Assembly: GCA_963663765.2 (NCBI GenBank)
Contig: CAXXUA010000002.1
Location: forward strand, 237,894-301,893
Reading direction: 5' to 3'
DNA: 64,000 bases
From: Candidatus Poribacteria bacterium
GTDB lineage: Bacteria; Poribacteria; WGA-4E; WGA-3G
The translations under genes were made by a program, and so were the position numbers. Of this stretch, positions 9,782 through 18,880 are shown in pieces. The notes below the pieces were generated by a model that was given only the letters and a program-made list of their open reading frames with translations, did not search any database and was not told where the DNA came from. Each line of letters begins with the position of its first letter. Position 1 is the first letter of the stretch.

Positions 9782-12700
9782 ATGGCAGAAGCGTCAATTG
9801 AAATATACGGCGCAAGAGAACATAATCTAAATAATATTGACGTGAGACTCCCCAAAGATAAACTCATTGTCTTCACAGGGGTAAGTGGTTCTGGTAAATC
9901 ATCACTTGCAATTGATACACTCTATGCAGAAGGTCAAAGAAGATACATTGAATCACTTTCTGCGTACGCGAGACAGTTCTTAGGACAACTCGGTAAAGCT
10001 GAAGTAGATAGAATTGTTGGGTTGTCACCTTCCATAGCAATTGATCAAGGTTCAACGGGTCATAATCCGCGTTCAACGGTTGCAACCGTAACCGAAATCT
10101 ACGATTATTTTCGTGTGCTTTTTGCGCGCGCAGGTGAATTCCACTGTCTTGAATGTGGTCAGAAGGTGGGATCGCAAACAATCGCGGATATCGTTTCAAA
10201 CATCATGAACCTACCCCAACGTACCCGCATTATGATCTTAGCACCTATCGTCAAAGGCAGACGGGGCGAGTACAGAAAAGAGTTATCAGACGCTCGAAAA
10301 ATGGGATTTATTCGCGCCCGTATTGATGGGGAAATCCACGAAATCAACGCCAACATTGCACTTAATCCAAATCAAAGACACACCATAGACTTGGTAATTG
10401 ATAGAATCATTATTAAGGACGATGTTGAGAGCCGTGTTGCTGAAGCCGTTGAAACGGCTCTCAACATAGGAGACGATATACTCATTGTCAATGTCGTTTC
10501 CTCAGATAATCCTTCTTCCCGAAAGCAATCAAAAGGTGAAGACTTGCTGTTTAGTCGGCAGTATTCTTGCACGAACTGTCAAGTAAGTTATAATATCCCT
10601 GAACCCCGTCATTTTTCTTACAACAGTCCTTACGGTATGTGTGAGCAGTGCCGAGGATTAGGAGTACAAATGGCAATCTCTCCGAAGTTGATTGTTGTTG
10701 ATGATAACTTACCAGTCATGAAAGGTGCTTTACTATTATGGGAAAAACCCGATTTAAACGAGAAGATGATTTTGCAAACGTTAGCAACACACCTCGGATT
10801 CAAACAAAATACGCCATGGAAGGAACTTACACACGAACAACAACATGCAATATTGTATGGTACGGGTGATACATTACTCACTTTTCGTCAACCAACTGTG
10901 AGTAATAGACGTAAGGGAAAACGTGTACGTGGAAGATTTCAAGGACTGATACCAGCACATGAACATCGATACTTATGGTTAGACGTTAATGAAGAGGGGC
11001 ATGGAAACCCTCATTTACCCGATTACTTTGTCAAGTTGCCGTGTAGAGATTGTGACGGAACCCGTTTGAACAATGTAGTAAAAGCAATTACTATAGCAGG
11101 TAAAAACATCACGGAAGTCCTTGATATGTCTATACAGGACTCAGCATCTTTCTTCAATACACTTGAACTACCTGAAAAACAAGCTTTCATAGCTACAGAA
11201 CTCTTGAAAGAAATTCGTTCACGTCTCGGTTTCCTACTGGATGTGGGATTAGGTTATCTCACACTGTCCCGTTCCGCACCAACCTTGTCTGGTGGAGAAG
11301 CACAAAGAATACGTCTTGCAAGCCAAGTTGGTGCAGGACTACGGGATGTTACTTATGTCCTTGACGAACCAAGCATCGGTTTGCACCCTCGCGACCACGC
11401 AGGACTACTAAAGACTTTAATGAACCTACGCAATCAAGGAAATACCGTTATCGTCGTTGAACATGACGAAGCAACTATGTTGGTAGCCGATTGGATAGTA
11501 GATTTCGGTCCCGGTGCAGGAATAAGAGGCGGGGAAATTACCGGTATGGGAACACCTGAGCAAATTATAAATGATAACGACTCACTAACAGCACAATATC
11601 TAAGGGGTGATAAAAAAATTATCCATCCTGAATCACGAAGACCAACAGGCGAAAGATGGGTACAAATCTGCAAAGCACGACAGAATAACCTAAAAGATAT
11701 TAGTCCTAAAATTCCACTCGGAACGCTATGTTGTGTAACAGGGGTTAGCGGTTCTGGGAAAAGTTCTCTTATTCATGACATCCTTTACTGTGCACTCGCA
11801 AGAGACCTGATGAGAGCAAAAACTGTACCCGGAGATTACGGTACAATACAAGGTGTTGTTGATGACAAAGACGTTCCTGTCCCTGAAGTCGTGGACAAAA
11901 TCATCAACATTAATATGGCACCTATCGGACGCACACCACGTTCAAATCCTGCTACATATACAAAGGTATTTGATGCTATCCGAGCTTTCTATACAAACCT
12001 ACCAGATTCCAAACTTCGCGGATATAAACCCGGTCGGTTTAGTTTCAATGTACCCGGTGGACGATGTGAAGCATGCACTGGTAATGGTGCTAAAAAAATT
12101 GACATGGGGATACTCGCAGATGTATGGGTGGAGTGTGATGTCTGCAGTGGAAAAAGATATAACAATGAAACACTTAATATCAAATTTAAAGGGAAAAGTA
12201 TTTCTGATGTCTTACAAATGGACATTGCAACCGCTCTTGAGCATTTCGCAGACATACCCAAAATTGCAAGAGGCTTACAACTGCTTCACGATGTGGGTTT
12301 AGATTACATAAAACTTGGACAACCGGCACCAACCCTTTCTGGTGGGGAAGCACAACGAATTAAACTCTCAAAGGAACTTTCAAAAAGAAGTACCGGTAAA
12401 ACTCTTTATATCCTTGATGAACCTACAACAGGTTTGCACTTTGAAGATGTCAATAAGTTGTTGTCTATTCTGCACAGATTAGTTGATGAAGGCAACACAG
12501 TCGTCGTGGTTGAACACAACCTTGAAGTAATCAATTCTGCAGATTATCTGATCGATTTAGGACCAGAAGGCGGTATGGAAGGCGGAGAAATTGTAGTTGT
12601 CGGCACTCCTGAAGAAGTTATGAATATACCTGAGTCTTATACAGGACAAGCATTGCGTGGAGAATTCGATCTCTGGAAAAACATTGATAAAAAATCCACC

Positions 12701-15502
12701 ATTGCTGAAAATGGCGGCATACCCAAAAACATCCTTGAGGAAACTATTTTCAATGACACTAAGACTATTTCGGTTCAAGGAGCAGAAGAAAATAATCTAA
12801 AAAATATTGACATAGACATACCCCACCAAAGGTTAACCGCATTGACTGGTGTTAGTGGATCAGGTAAGACCTCACTCGCACTTGATACAATATATGCGGA
12901 AGGACAACGCAGGTATATTGAGACACTCAGCACTTATGCACGTCAATTTATCGGAAGCATGGAGAAACCGAAAGTTTCAAAAATAGAAGGACTTTCACCA
13001 GCAATAGCAATCACACACTCAAGTCCAAGCCAAAACCCGCGTTCCACTGTCGCTACAATAACAGAAATACATGACGGTCTCCGTACACTATATGCCCGAT
13101 GGGGACAACCACACTGTCCAGATTGCAATGTTGAAGTCCGACCACAAACAGCGCAACAGATAGTTGAATACGTCTTTAGTCTCATGAAGAATAAACGGGT
13201 TGATGTGATGGCACCGCTTACAAACTTCAAATCTTTTGAAGGTAATGCTGAGGTATTAATAGGCGCAGAACGTACTCCCGGACTAAAAGGTAACGAAGAT
13301 TATGCAGACGCTTTTCGTAGGTTACAAAGAATAGGTTTCGCAAGGGTACAAATTGATGGAGAGATCTTTAGACTTGATGAAACGCCAGAAATCCATAAAC
13401 GTCGCAGGCACGAAGTTTTTCTCGTAATTGACCGCATTCAACTCAACGTTGATGAAAAAAGTAGACTCACAGAAGCAGTAGAATTAGCTCTGATTGAAAG
13501 TGAAGGATTTGTTATTTTAGAGGAAAAAATAGATAAAGAAATACCTAATAGAGTTTTCTTCAGTGAACACGCAATGTGTTCAAACTGTGGACGCAACTTC
13601 CCACAACTTACACCCAGACATTTCTCCTTTAACAATAAATTAGGAGCATGCAGTTCCTGTGATGGTATTGGAAGATCCTCTATAGATCAACAAAACACTT
13701 GTCAAAGATGTAATGGAACACGATTAGATGAATTTCCACGCAACGTCCAATTCTCTGACAAAACAATCGCAGAACTTATGGCAATTTCAATATCTAAGAC
13801 AATAGAATTCTTTGGCACACGAATAAATACAATTGAGAAGCATCTCACGACAGCCGCTGGTTCAAAGGAAGCAAAAGCAGCAATGGAACAAGTCCGAGAC
13901 GTATCTACATCAAGAGCAACACATCCAAAACTTCACTCCCATACTTCACCCGAATTTGAAGCACAACTGTTACGTCAATTACAAATCCGCCTAAAATTCT
14001 TAGAAAATATCGGACTCGGATACCTCGGTTTAGACCGACCCGCACCAACACTTTCTGGGGGAGAAATTAGAAGAATTCGACTCGCAAGTCAACTCGGAAC
14101 TGGTCTAACTGGTGTAACATACATACTTGACGAACCCAGTATCGGATTACACCCACGCGACCAAGAACAACTGATCCTCGCAATGAAGGATTTGCGCGAT
14201 ATAGGAAATAGTGTACTCGTCGTTGAACACGATAAGGATACAATTCTATCAGCAGACCATATCATTGATTTCGGACCAAAAGCAGGAAAACAGGGTGGTG
14301 AAATAATCGCTACCGGTACACCTGAAACCTTCACTGAATCACAACCTATTCCAATTCCTAATTCTAAAAAAACAAACAGCAACTCTGATAAGACAAAGAC
14401 AAAAGCATCTGAAAAGGGATTAACACAAGCTTATCTTTCCAATGAATTGCAAATTCCTGTACCTGCAGTCCGGCGAAAAGGTTCTGGAAAATGGTTGAAA
14501 CTTTTCGGAGCAAAAACAAACAATCTAAAAGACATTGATATAGAAATCCCTTACGGAACGTTTACTTGTGTAACTGGTGTTTCAGGATGTGGAAAAAGTT
14601 CACTGATTGAAGGTACACTCCGACCCGCACTGGAAGACAAACGCTCAATTAGAAAAGGAAACCAAAGTTCAACCAATACTTTTGGGACTCCATTGTATGA
14701 TAAAATCCAAGGAATAACGCCAATTGAACGAATGATACACATAGACCAAAAACCTATAGGTGAAACACCACGGTCTAACCCAGCAACTTACACCGAACTA
14801 TTTACCAAAATCCGTGAAATGTTTGCTGAATTACCTGATGCAAAACGTCGTGGATTTAACAGAGGAAGGTTTAGTTTCAATCTATCTTATGGGCAGTGTG
14901 AAGAGTGTGACGGACACCGTTACAATCGCATAGAGATGCATTTCTTACCAGATGTATGGATACCGTGCGAAAACTGCAACAGCACAGGATACAACGCTGA
15001 AACGCTTGAAGTAAGGTACAAAGGTAAGAATATCGCAGAAGTTCTACAAATGACGGTACAAGAAGCTCTTGACCTATTTAGTAATATTGCAAGAATAAAA
15101 CGACCACTTCAAACATTAGCAGATGTCGGTTTAGACTATATTCAATTAGGACAAGCAGCCACTACACTCTCCGGTGGAGAAGCACAACGCGTCAAACTCG
15201 CAAAAGAATTAGCACGTCGTCAAACAGGTACCACGCTCTATATCATGGATGAACCAACAACGGGTTTGCATTTTGATGACGTTCAAAAGCTGCTCAACGT
15301 ACTCAACAAACTTGTTGATGCAGGCAACACGATTGTTGCTATAGAACACAATCTGGATGTTATCAAATCTGCTGATTGGCTAATAGATTTGGGACCAGAA
15401 GGAAGTGACGCCGGTGGTTATATTGTTGCAATGGGTACTCCTGAAGAAGTTGCAGAGAACAAAGAATCACACACCGCACGTTTCCTCAGTAAGATATTAT
15501 AG
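9782..15502 (+). CDS. uvrA: Excinuclease ABC subunit A, internally duplicated (1906 aa)
   Basis: Two complete UvrA modules, four Walker A motifs, repeated NPRSTVAT and LSGGE. Confidence 0.95.
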   Translation: MAEASIEIYGAREHNLNNIDVRLPKDKLIVFTGVSGSGKSSLAIDTLYAEGQRRYIESLSAYARQFLGQLGKAEVDRIVGLSPSIAIDQGSTGHNPRSTVATVTEIYDYFRVLFARAGEFHCLECGQKVGSQTIADIVSNIMNLPQRTRIMILAPIVKGRRGEYRKELSDARKMGFIRARIDGEIHEINANIALNPNQRHTIDLVIDRIIIKDDVESRVAEAVETALNIGDDILIVNVVSSDNPSSRKQSKGEDLLFSRQYSCTNCQVSYNIPEPRHFSYNSPYGMCEQCRGLGVQMAISPKLIVVDDNLPVMKGALLLWEKPDLNEKMILQTLATHLGFKQNTPWKELTHEQQHAILYGTGDTLLTFRQPTVSNRRKGKRVRGRFQGLIPAHEHRYLWLDVNEEGHGNPHLPDYFVKLPCRDCDGTRLNNVVKAITIAGKNITEVLDMSIQDSASFFNTLELPEKQAFIATELLKEIRSRLGFLLDVGLGYLTLSRSAPTLSGGEAQRIRLASQVGAGLRDVTYVLDEPSIGLHPRDHAGLLKTLMNLRNQGNTVIVVEHDEATMLVADWIVDFGPGAGIRGGEITGMGTPEQIINDNDSLTAQYLRGDKKIIHPESRRPTGERWVQICKARQNNLKDISPKIPLGTLCCVTGVSGSGKSSLIHDILYCALARDLMRAKTVPGDYGTIQGVVDDKDVPVPEVVDKIININMAPIGRTPRSNPATYTKVFDAIRAFYTNLPDSKLRGYKPGRFSFNVPGGRCEACTGNGAKKIDMGILADVWVECDVCSGKRYNNETLNIKFKGKSISDVLQMDIATALEHFADIPKIARGLQLLHDVGLDYIKLGQPAPTLSGGEAQRIKLSKELSKRSTGKTLYILDEPTTGLHFEDVNKLLSILHRLVDEGNTVVVVEHNLEVINSADYLIDLGPEGGMEGGEIVVVGTPEEVMNIPESYTGQALRGEFDLWKNIDKKSTIAENGGIPKNILEETIFNDTKTISVQGAEENNLKNIDIDIPHQRLTALTGVSGSGKTSLALDTIYAEGQRRYIETLSTYARQFIGSMEKPKVSKIEGLSPAIAITHSSPSQNPRSTVATITEIHDGLRTLYARWGQPHCPDCNVEVRPQTAQQIVEYVFSLMKNKRVDVMAPLTNFKSFEGNAEVLIGAERTPGLKGNEDYADAFRRLQRIGFARVQIDGEIFRLDETPEIHKRRRHEVFLVIDRIQLNVDEKSRLTEAVELALIESEGFVILEEKIDKEIPNRVFFSEHAMCSNCGRNFPQLTPRHFSFNNKLGACSSCDGIGRSSIDQQNTCQRCNGTRLDEFPRNVQFSDKTIAELMAISISKTIEFFGTRINTIEKHLTTAAGSKEAKAAMEQVRDVSTSRATHPKLHSHTSPEFEAQLLRQLQIRLKFLENIGLGYLGLDRPAPTLSGGEIRRIRLASQLGTGLTGVTYILDEPSIGLHPRDQEQLILAMKDLRDIGNSVLVVEHDKDTILSADHIIDFGPKAGKQGGEIIATGTPETFTESQPIPIPNSKKTNSNSDKTKTKASEKGLTQAYLSNELQIPVPAVRRKGSGKWLKLFGAKTNNLKDIDIEIPYGTFTCVTGVSGCGKSSLIEGTLRPALEDKRSIRKGNQSSTNTFGTPLYDKIQGITPIERMIHIDQKPIGETPRSNPATYTELFTKIREMFAELPDAKRRGFNRGRFSFNLSYGQCEECDGHRYNRIEMHFLPDVWIPCENCNSTGYNAETLEVRYKGKNIAEVLQMTVQEALDLFSNIARIKRPLQTLADVGLDYIQLGQAATTLSGGEAQRVKLAKELARRQTGTTLYIMDEPTTGLHFDDVQKLLNVLNKLVDAGNTIVAIEHNLDVIKSADWLIDLGPEGSDAGGYIVAMGTPEEVAENKESHTARFLSKIL

Positions 15503-15579
15503 AATATTATCGGTCTGCCACTTGTGAAATTTCCAACCTTAAGAAACGAAAGAGTTGATAGACTGTATTTATGTCTAAT

Positions 15580-15944
15580 CAGGGTTATTTAGTTTTAGTA
15601 GTTTTTGCAGATATTTATAACATTCGTGAATTAGATGTGTAGGTCGGGTAGAGCGATAGCGAAACCCATAGGTGTCAACTTAAGAAAAAAGTGTTGGCAT
15701 ATTCTCTTGTGGGAGGGGTTTGTAACCCCGATTTGAGTGGAAATGAACATAAAATCGGGGTTGCAAACCCCTCCCACAAGAGGTCAGAATCCTTAAGTTG
15801 ACACCTATGGGTAGAGCGATAGCGAAACCCGACATGTATTGATTGTAGTTGTCATGTCGGGTTTCGCTATCGCTCTACCCGACCTACGATATAAACTTAA
15901 AGTAACACCCATCAACTGATAATTCTTAAAACTAAATAACCCTG
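15580..15944. mobile_element. MITE family A copy containing a nested family E element
   Basis: CAGGGTTATTTAGTTTT...AAAACTAAATAACCCTG; flanks ATGTCTAAT / CTGTCTAAT (8 of 9 match). Confidence 0.85.
15667..15809. mobile_element. MITE family E inserted in a REP-like hairpin
   Basis: TIR CATAGGTGTCAACTTAAG; 20-bp direct repeat GGTAGAGCGATAGCGAAACC (15647-15666 and 15810-15829); empty-site homolog at about 42053-42140. Confidence 0.88.
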
Positions 15945-15961
15945 CTGTCTAATTCTATTAG

Positions 15962-15990
15962 TTGACCTAATTCTTCATTTGTGCTATGAT
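15962..15990 (+). promoter_or_regulatory. Putative sigma70 promoter of the ferredoxin-GGR operon
   Basis: TTGACC-17 bp-TATGAT with extended -10 TG. Confidence 0.6.
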
Positions 15991-16029
15991 TCTTACACTT
16001 ACAAGGATAATTAGAAAACAAAGCTGAAT

Positions 16030-16248
16030 ATGATACATATTAACGAAGAACTTTGCGTTTATTGTGGGGCATGCGTTGCAGTCTGTCCCGAAAATATTAT
16101 TGACTTGATAGACACACATCTGAAAATTGACCAACCCAAGTGCATTGACTGTATGAAATGCGTCAAAGGCTGCCCGATTGGTGTTCTTTCTATGGAACGG
16201 AACGGAAAGATTTATTCTTTCGATTATCCCGAGAGAGGACTTTTCTGA
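16030..16248 (+). CDS. 2[4Fe-4S] ferredoxin
   Basis: Two CxxCxxCxxxCP motifs (CVYCGACVAVCP, CIDCMKCVKGCP). Confidence 0.92.
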   Translation: MIHINEELCVYCGACVAVCPENIIDLIDTHLKIDQPKCIDCMKCVKGCPIGVLSMERNGKIYSFDYPERGLF

Positions 16249-16275
16249 TAAAGAGTGCTGTAGAGAGAAGTATAG

Positions 16276-17469
16276 ATGCTACATTCAGAGTATGATGTCA
16301 TTGCTGTTGGGGCGGGACCAGGTGGTTCTATCGCAGCAAAAGTTGCCGCTGAAAATGGTTTGCGGGTTCTCCTTTTAGAGAAACGGCAAGAAATAGGCGT
16401 ACCACTCCGCTGAGCTGAAGGTATTGGCACAGAGGATCTGTGCGAATTTATTCAGCCAGACGCGGCATGGATATCAAATGAGATCCACGGGGCACGTATT
16501 TTCTCCCCTAACGAGACTGCAGTCACAATTCATCAACCAGGCGCAGGTTACGTCTTAGAACGAAAGGTGTTTGATCTCCGTCTTGCGGAGATGGCATCAA
16601 ACTCGGGTGCCGAGGTTATGGTAAAGGCACGTGTTACAAATGTCACTTTCTCTGAAGCTGGTGCTGTGAACGGTGTCGTATTCCGACATTCAGGACGCGA
16701 ATATACGTGCAAAAGCAAGATAGTTATCGCTGCGGATGGGGTTGAATCGCAAGTTGGACGGTGGGCAGGTATTGATACTACCCACCAACTACGTGATATT
16801 GGTGCTTGTGCCCAGTATCTCATTTCAAACATTGATATTATGCCTGAGTACTGTGATTTTTACTTCGGGCGCGAGGTTGCTCCACTTGGTTATGTTTGGG
16901 TTTTTCCAAAAGGGAAAGACATCGCAAACGTTGGGGTCGGCGTTAGGGCAAATATTTCAGGAAAAGACAGCAAACTTGCTATAGACTACCTAAACGCATT
17001 TGTCAAACGGAAGTTCCCGGAGGGTAAAGTTTTAGGATTAGTGTGCGGTGCGGTTCCTGTCGGACAAGGTTTGCCGCGGATTGTCGGGGATGGCATTCTG
17101 CTTGTTGGCGACGCAGCACATCACAGCGATCCAGTCTCTGGAGGAGGTATCCCTAACGCAATGTATTCTGGGAAATTTGCAGCGGAAGCAGCGGTCAAGG
17201 CTATACACATCGGTGATGTCTCACGAGATATTCTCAGCGCATATTCAAAACGTTGGGACCGCGAAATCGGTAAACACTTTAAGCATATCTGTCGCATCCG
17301 CGATGGAGTTTTAAAATTCAATGACGATACACTTGATAGATATGCAGAACTACTTTCTCAGATACATGGTGAACCGTTAACGTTGGCAAAGATCTTCCAA
17401 ACAGTACTTAAAAATCAACCAAGTTTGCTTCTTGAACTCCGACACCTCATTTTAGCTGGATGGGTTTAG
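16276..17469 (+). CDS. Geranylgeranyl reductase (DGGGPL reductase-like) family flavoprotein, probable selenoprotein (UGA codon 46 at 16411-16413), 397 aa
   Basis: ATG 16276 gives [13 protein letters not shown]...[20 protein letters not shown]..., in frame with ORF 16567..17469, which carries [14 protein letters not shown] and LVGDAA...GGGI. Confidence 0.88.
16414..16456 (+). promoter_or_regulatory. Bacterial SECIS-like hairpin
   Basis: GCTGAA/TTCAGC lower stem, GCACAGA/TCTGTGC upper stem, apical GGA loop starting 20 nt after the UGA. Confidence 0.8.
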
Positions 17470-17613
17470 CACCTCTCTTAAAAAGCGTAAAGGTAAACTT
17501 ACTCTAACATCCCCAATTTCTTTATTGGTTTATCAACTTCCAAATTTCCTCTTGACAAAACCTACAATACATGGAATTATAATAACTATATCATTCATAT
17601 AGATTATTTTACC

Positions 17614-18501
17614 ATGCAAATTCCAAACTACTATCAAATCTTAGAGATCAGTCGTGATGCGACTACGACCGAAATAAAAAGTTCATTCAGAAAACTGGCA
17701 AAACGATACCATCCCGATAAACAAAACCTCAACAATAACGCAGATGTTGTAGCAAAAGCAAAACAGATGTTCGGTAAGGTTTGCAATGCTTATGATGTGC
17801 TACATGACGAAAAACGCAAAGCTGACTATGACCGTAAACTACAGAACCTTGAACGTCAGCAGCAATCATACAGCTCATATTTTGACAGACTCAATAAACT
17901 GAATCAAGATTATGCAAAAATAGAATTACTATTCCAAGCACTCTTACATCAGAACTACGAAACAGGTATCTCGTTATATGAGCAACTATGTAATAGACGT
18001 GCGCAAAACGGGAAAAAATGGTGTATAGATGATTTTTTCAATTACGAAGATAGCAGAGATTGCGAATTTCTTATTGCAGAAGCATACCAATATCTCGCTT
18101 TTACAAACGGAAATGGTTCTGATTCGGAACGACATCGAAAAATAGAATTAGCAATGCGTATCTATGAATCTTTGTTGTCTGCAGAAGGACGAAGACCCTG
18201 TTTCAAGCACTTCATAAATGAGGTAAAAGATCGTCTCAAGAAAATCTACCTCTATTATTATAGTGTTGAAGGATACCAACAAACACAACAAATTCCATTA
18301 TCAAAGATACGCACATTAAGACTTCCTAAACGAGAAACTGCATGGATGTATAAAAAGATTGCTGAATTCTATGTTGAAATAGACTTGTTCCCACATGCTC
18401 GACAGGTTCTGCTCATGGCATTTGAACTACAACCCAATCTTGCTGGTGCAAAGAAGATTTGTAGGATTTTAAACATTGCAAACCAGCAAGTAGTTTATTG
18501 A
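17614..18501 (+). CDS. J-domain (DnaJ-like) protein with TPR-like C-terminus
   Basis: NYYQILEI...FRKLAKRYHPDK...AYDVL. Confidence 0.85.
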   Translation: MQIPNYYQILEISRDATTTEIKSSFRKLAKRYHPDKQNLNNNADVVAKAKQMFGKVCNAYDVLHDEKRKADYDRKLQNLERQQQSYSSYFDRLNKLNQDYAKIELLFQALLHQNYETGISLYEQLCNRRAQNGKKWCIDDFFNYEDSRDCEFLIAEAYQYLAFTNGNGSDSERHRKIELAMRIYESLLSAEGRRPCFKHFINEVKDRLKKIYLYYYSVEGYQQTQQIPLSKIRTLRLPKRETAWMYKKIAEFYVEIDLFPHARQVLLMAFELQPNLAGAKKICRILNIANQQVVY

Positions 18502-18521
18502 AATGAAGGCTTTGGTGAAAA

Positions 18522-18707
18522 TTGAATGATAATAATATCTTATCATTTCTATCCATTTTAATTATACCTGTTTTATGGTTATTATTTTGGATGTATGCAA
18601 ATCATAAAGGTGTAAGACGATTTTGTCCGAACTGTGGGCAGCGACAAACGGGATGGTCTACACAGTGTCCAAGATGTAATGTTGTCTTCAAGGATTGGAA
18701 AGAGTAG
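18522..18707 (+). CDS. Small membrane-anchored zinc-ribbon protein
   Basis: Hydrophobic helix then CPNC...CPRC; same architecture as 8447..8707. Confidence 0.6.
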   Translation: MNDNNILSFLSILIIPVLWLLFWMYANHKGVRRFCPNCGQRQTGWSTQCPRCNVVFKDWKE

Positions 18708-18710
18708 GTA

Positions 18711-18855
18711 CAGGTTTCGGGTATTTCCTCTTAAAGTCCCTCTGATAAGGGGGTAAACACTGAAATAGAGGCTTTTTTAACCCCTAACCCGTTTATATCA
18801 AAAGGGTGATGCATATAAAGTTCGTCCCTTATCAATAAGAAATGCGTAAGTCCTG
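18711..18855. repeat. Degenerate family F-like MITE
   Basis: Right end GAAATGCGTAAGTCCTG; degenerate left end CAGGTTTCGGGTATTTC; no TSD seen. Confidence 0.4.
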
Positions 18856-18880
18856 ATAGAAAAAACAAAAGAGAAAAATT

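Noticed and set aside
16567-17469. ORF-track 300-aa protein as a complete gene, or GGR as a simple pseudogene
   Set aside because: It lacks the Rossmann motif, which lies upstream in frame. The only lesion is a TGA at the conserved Cys followed by a SECIS-like hairpin.
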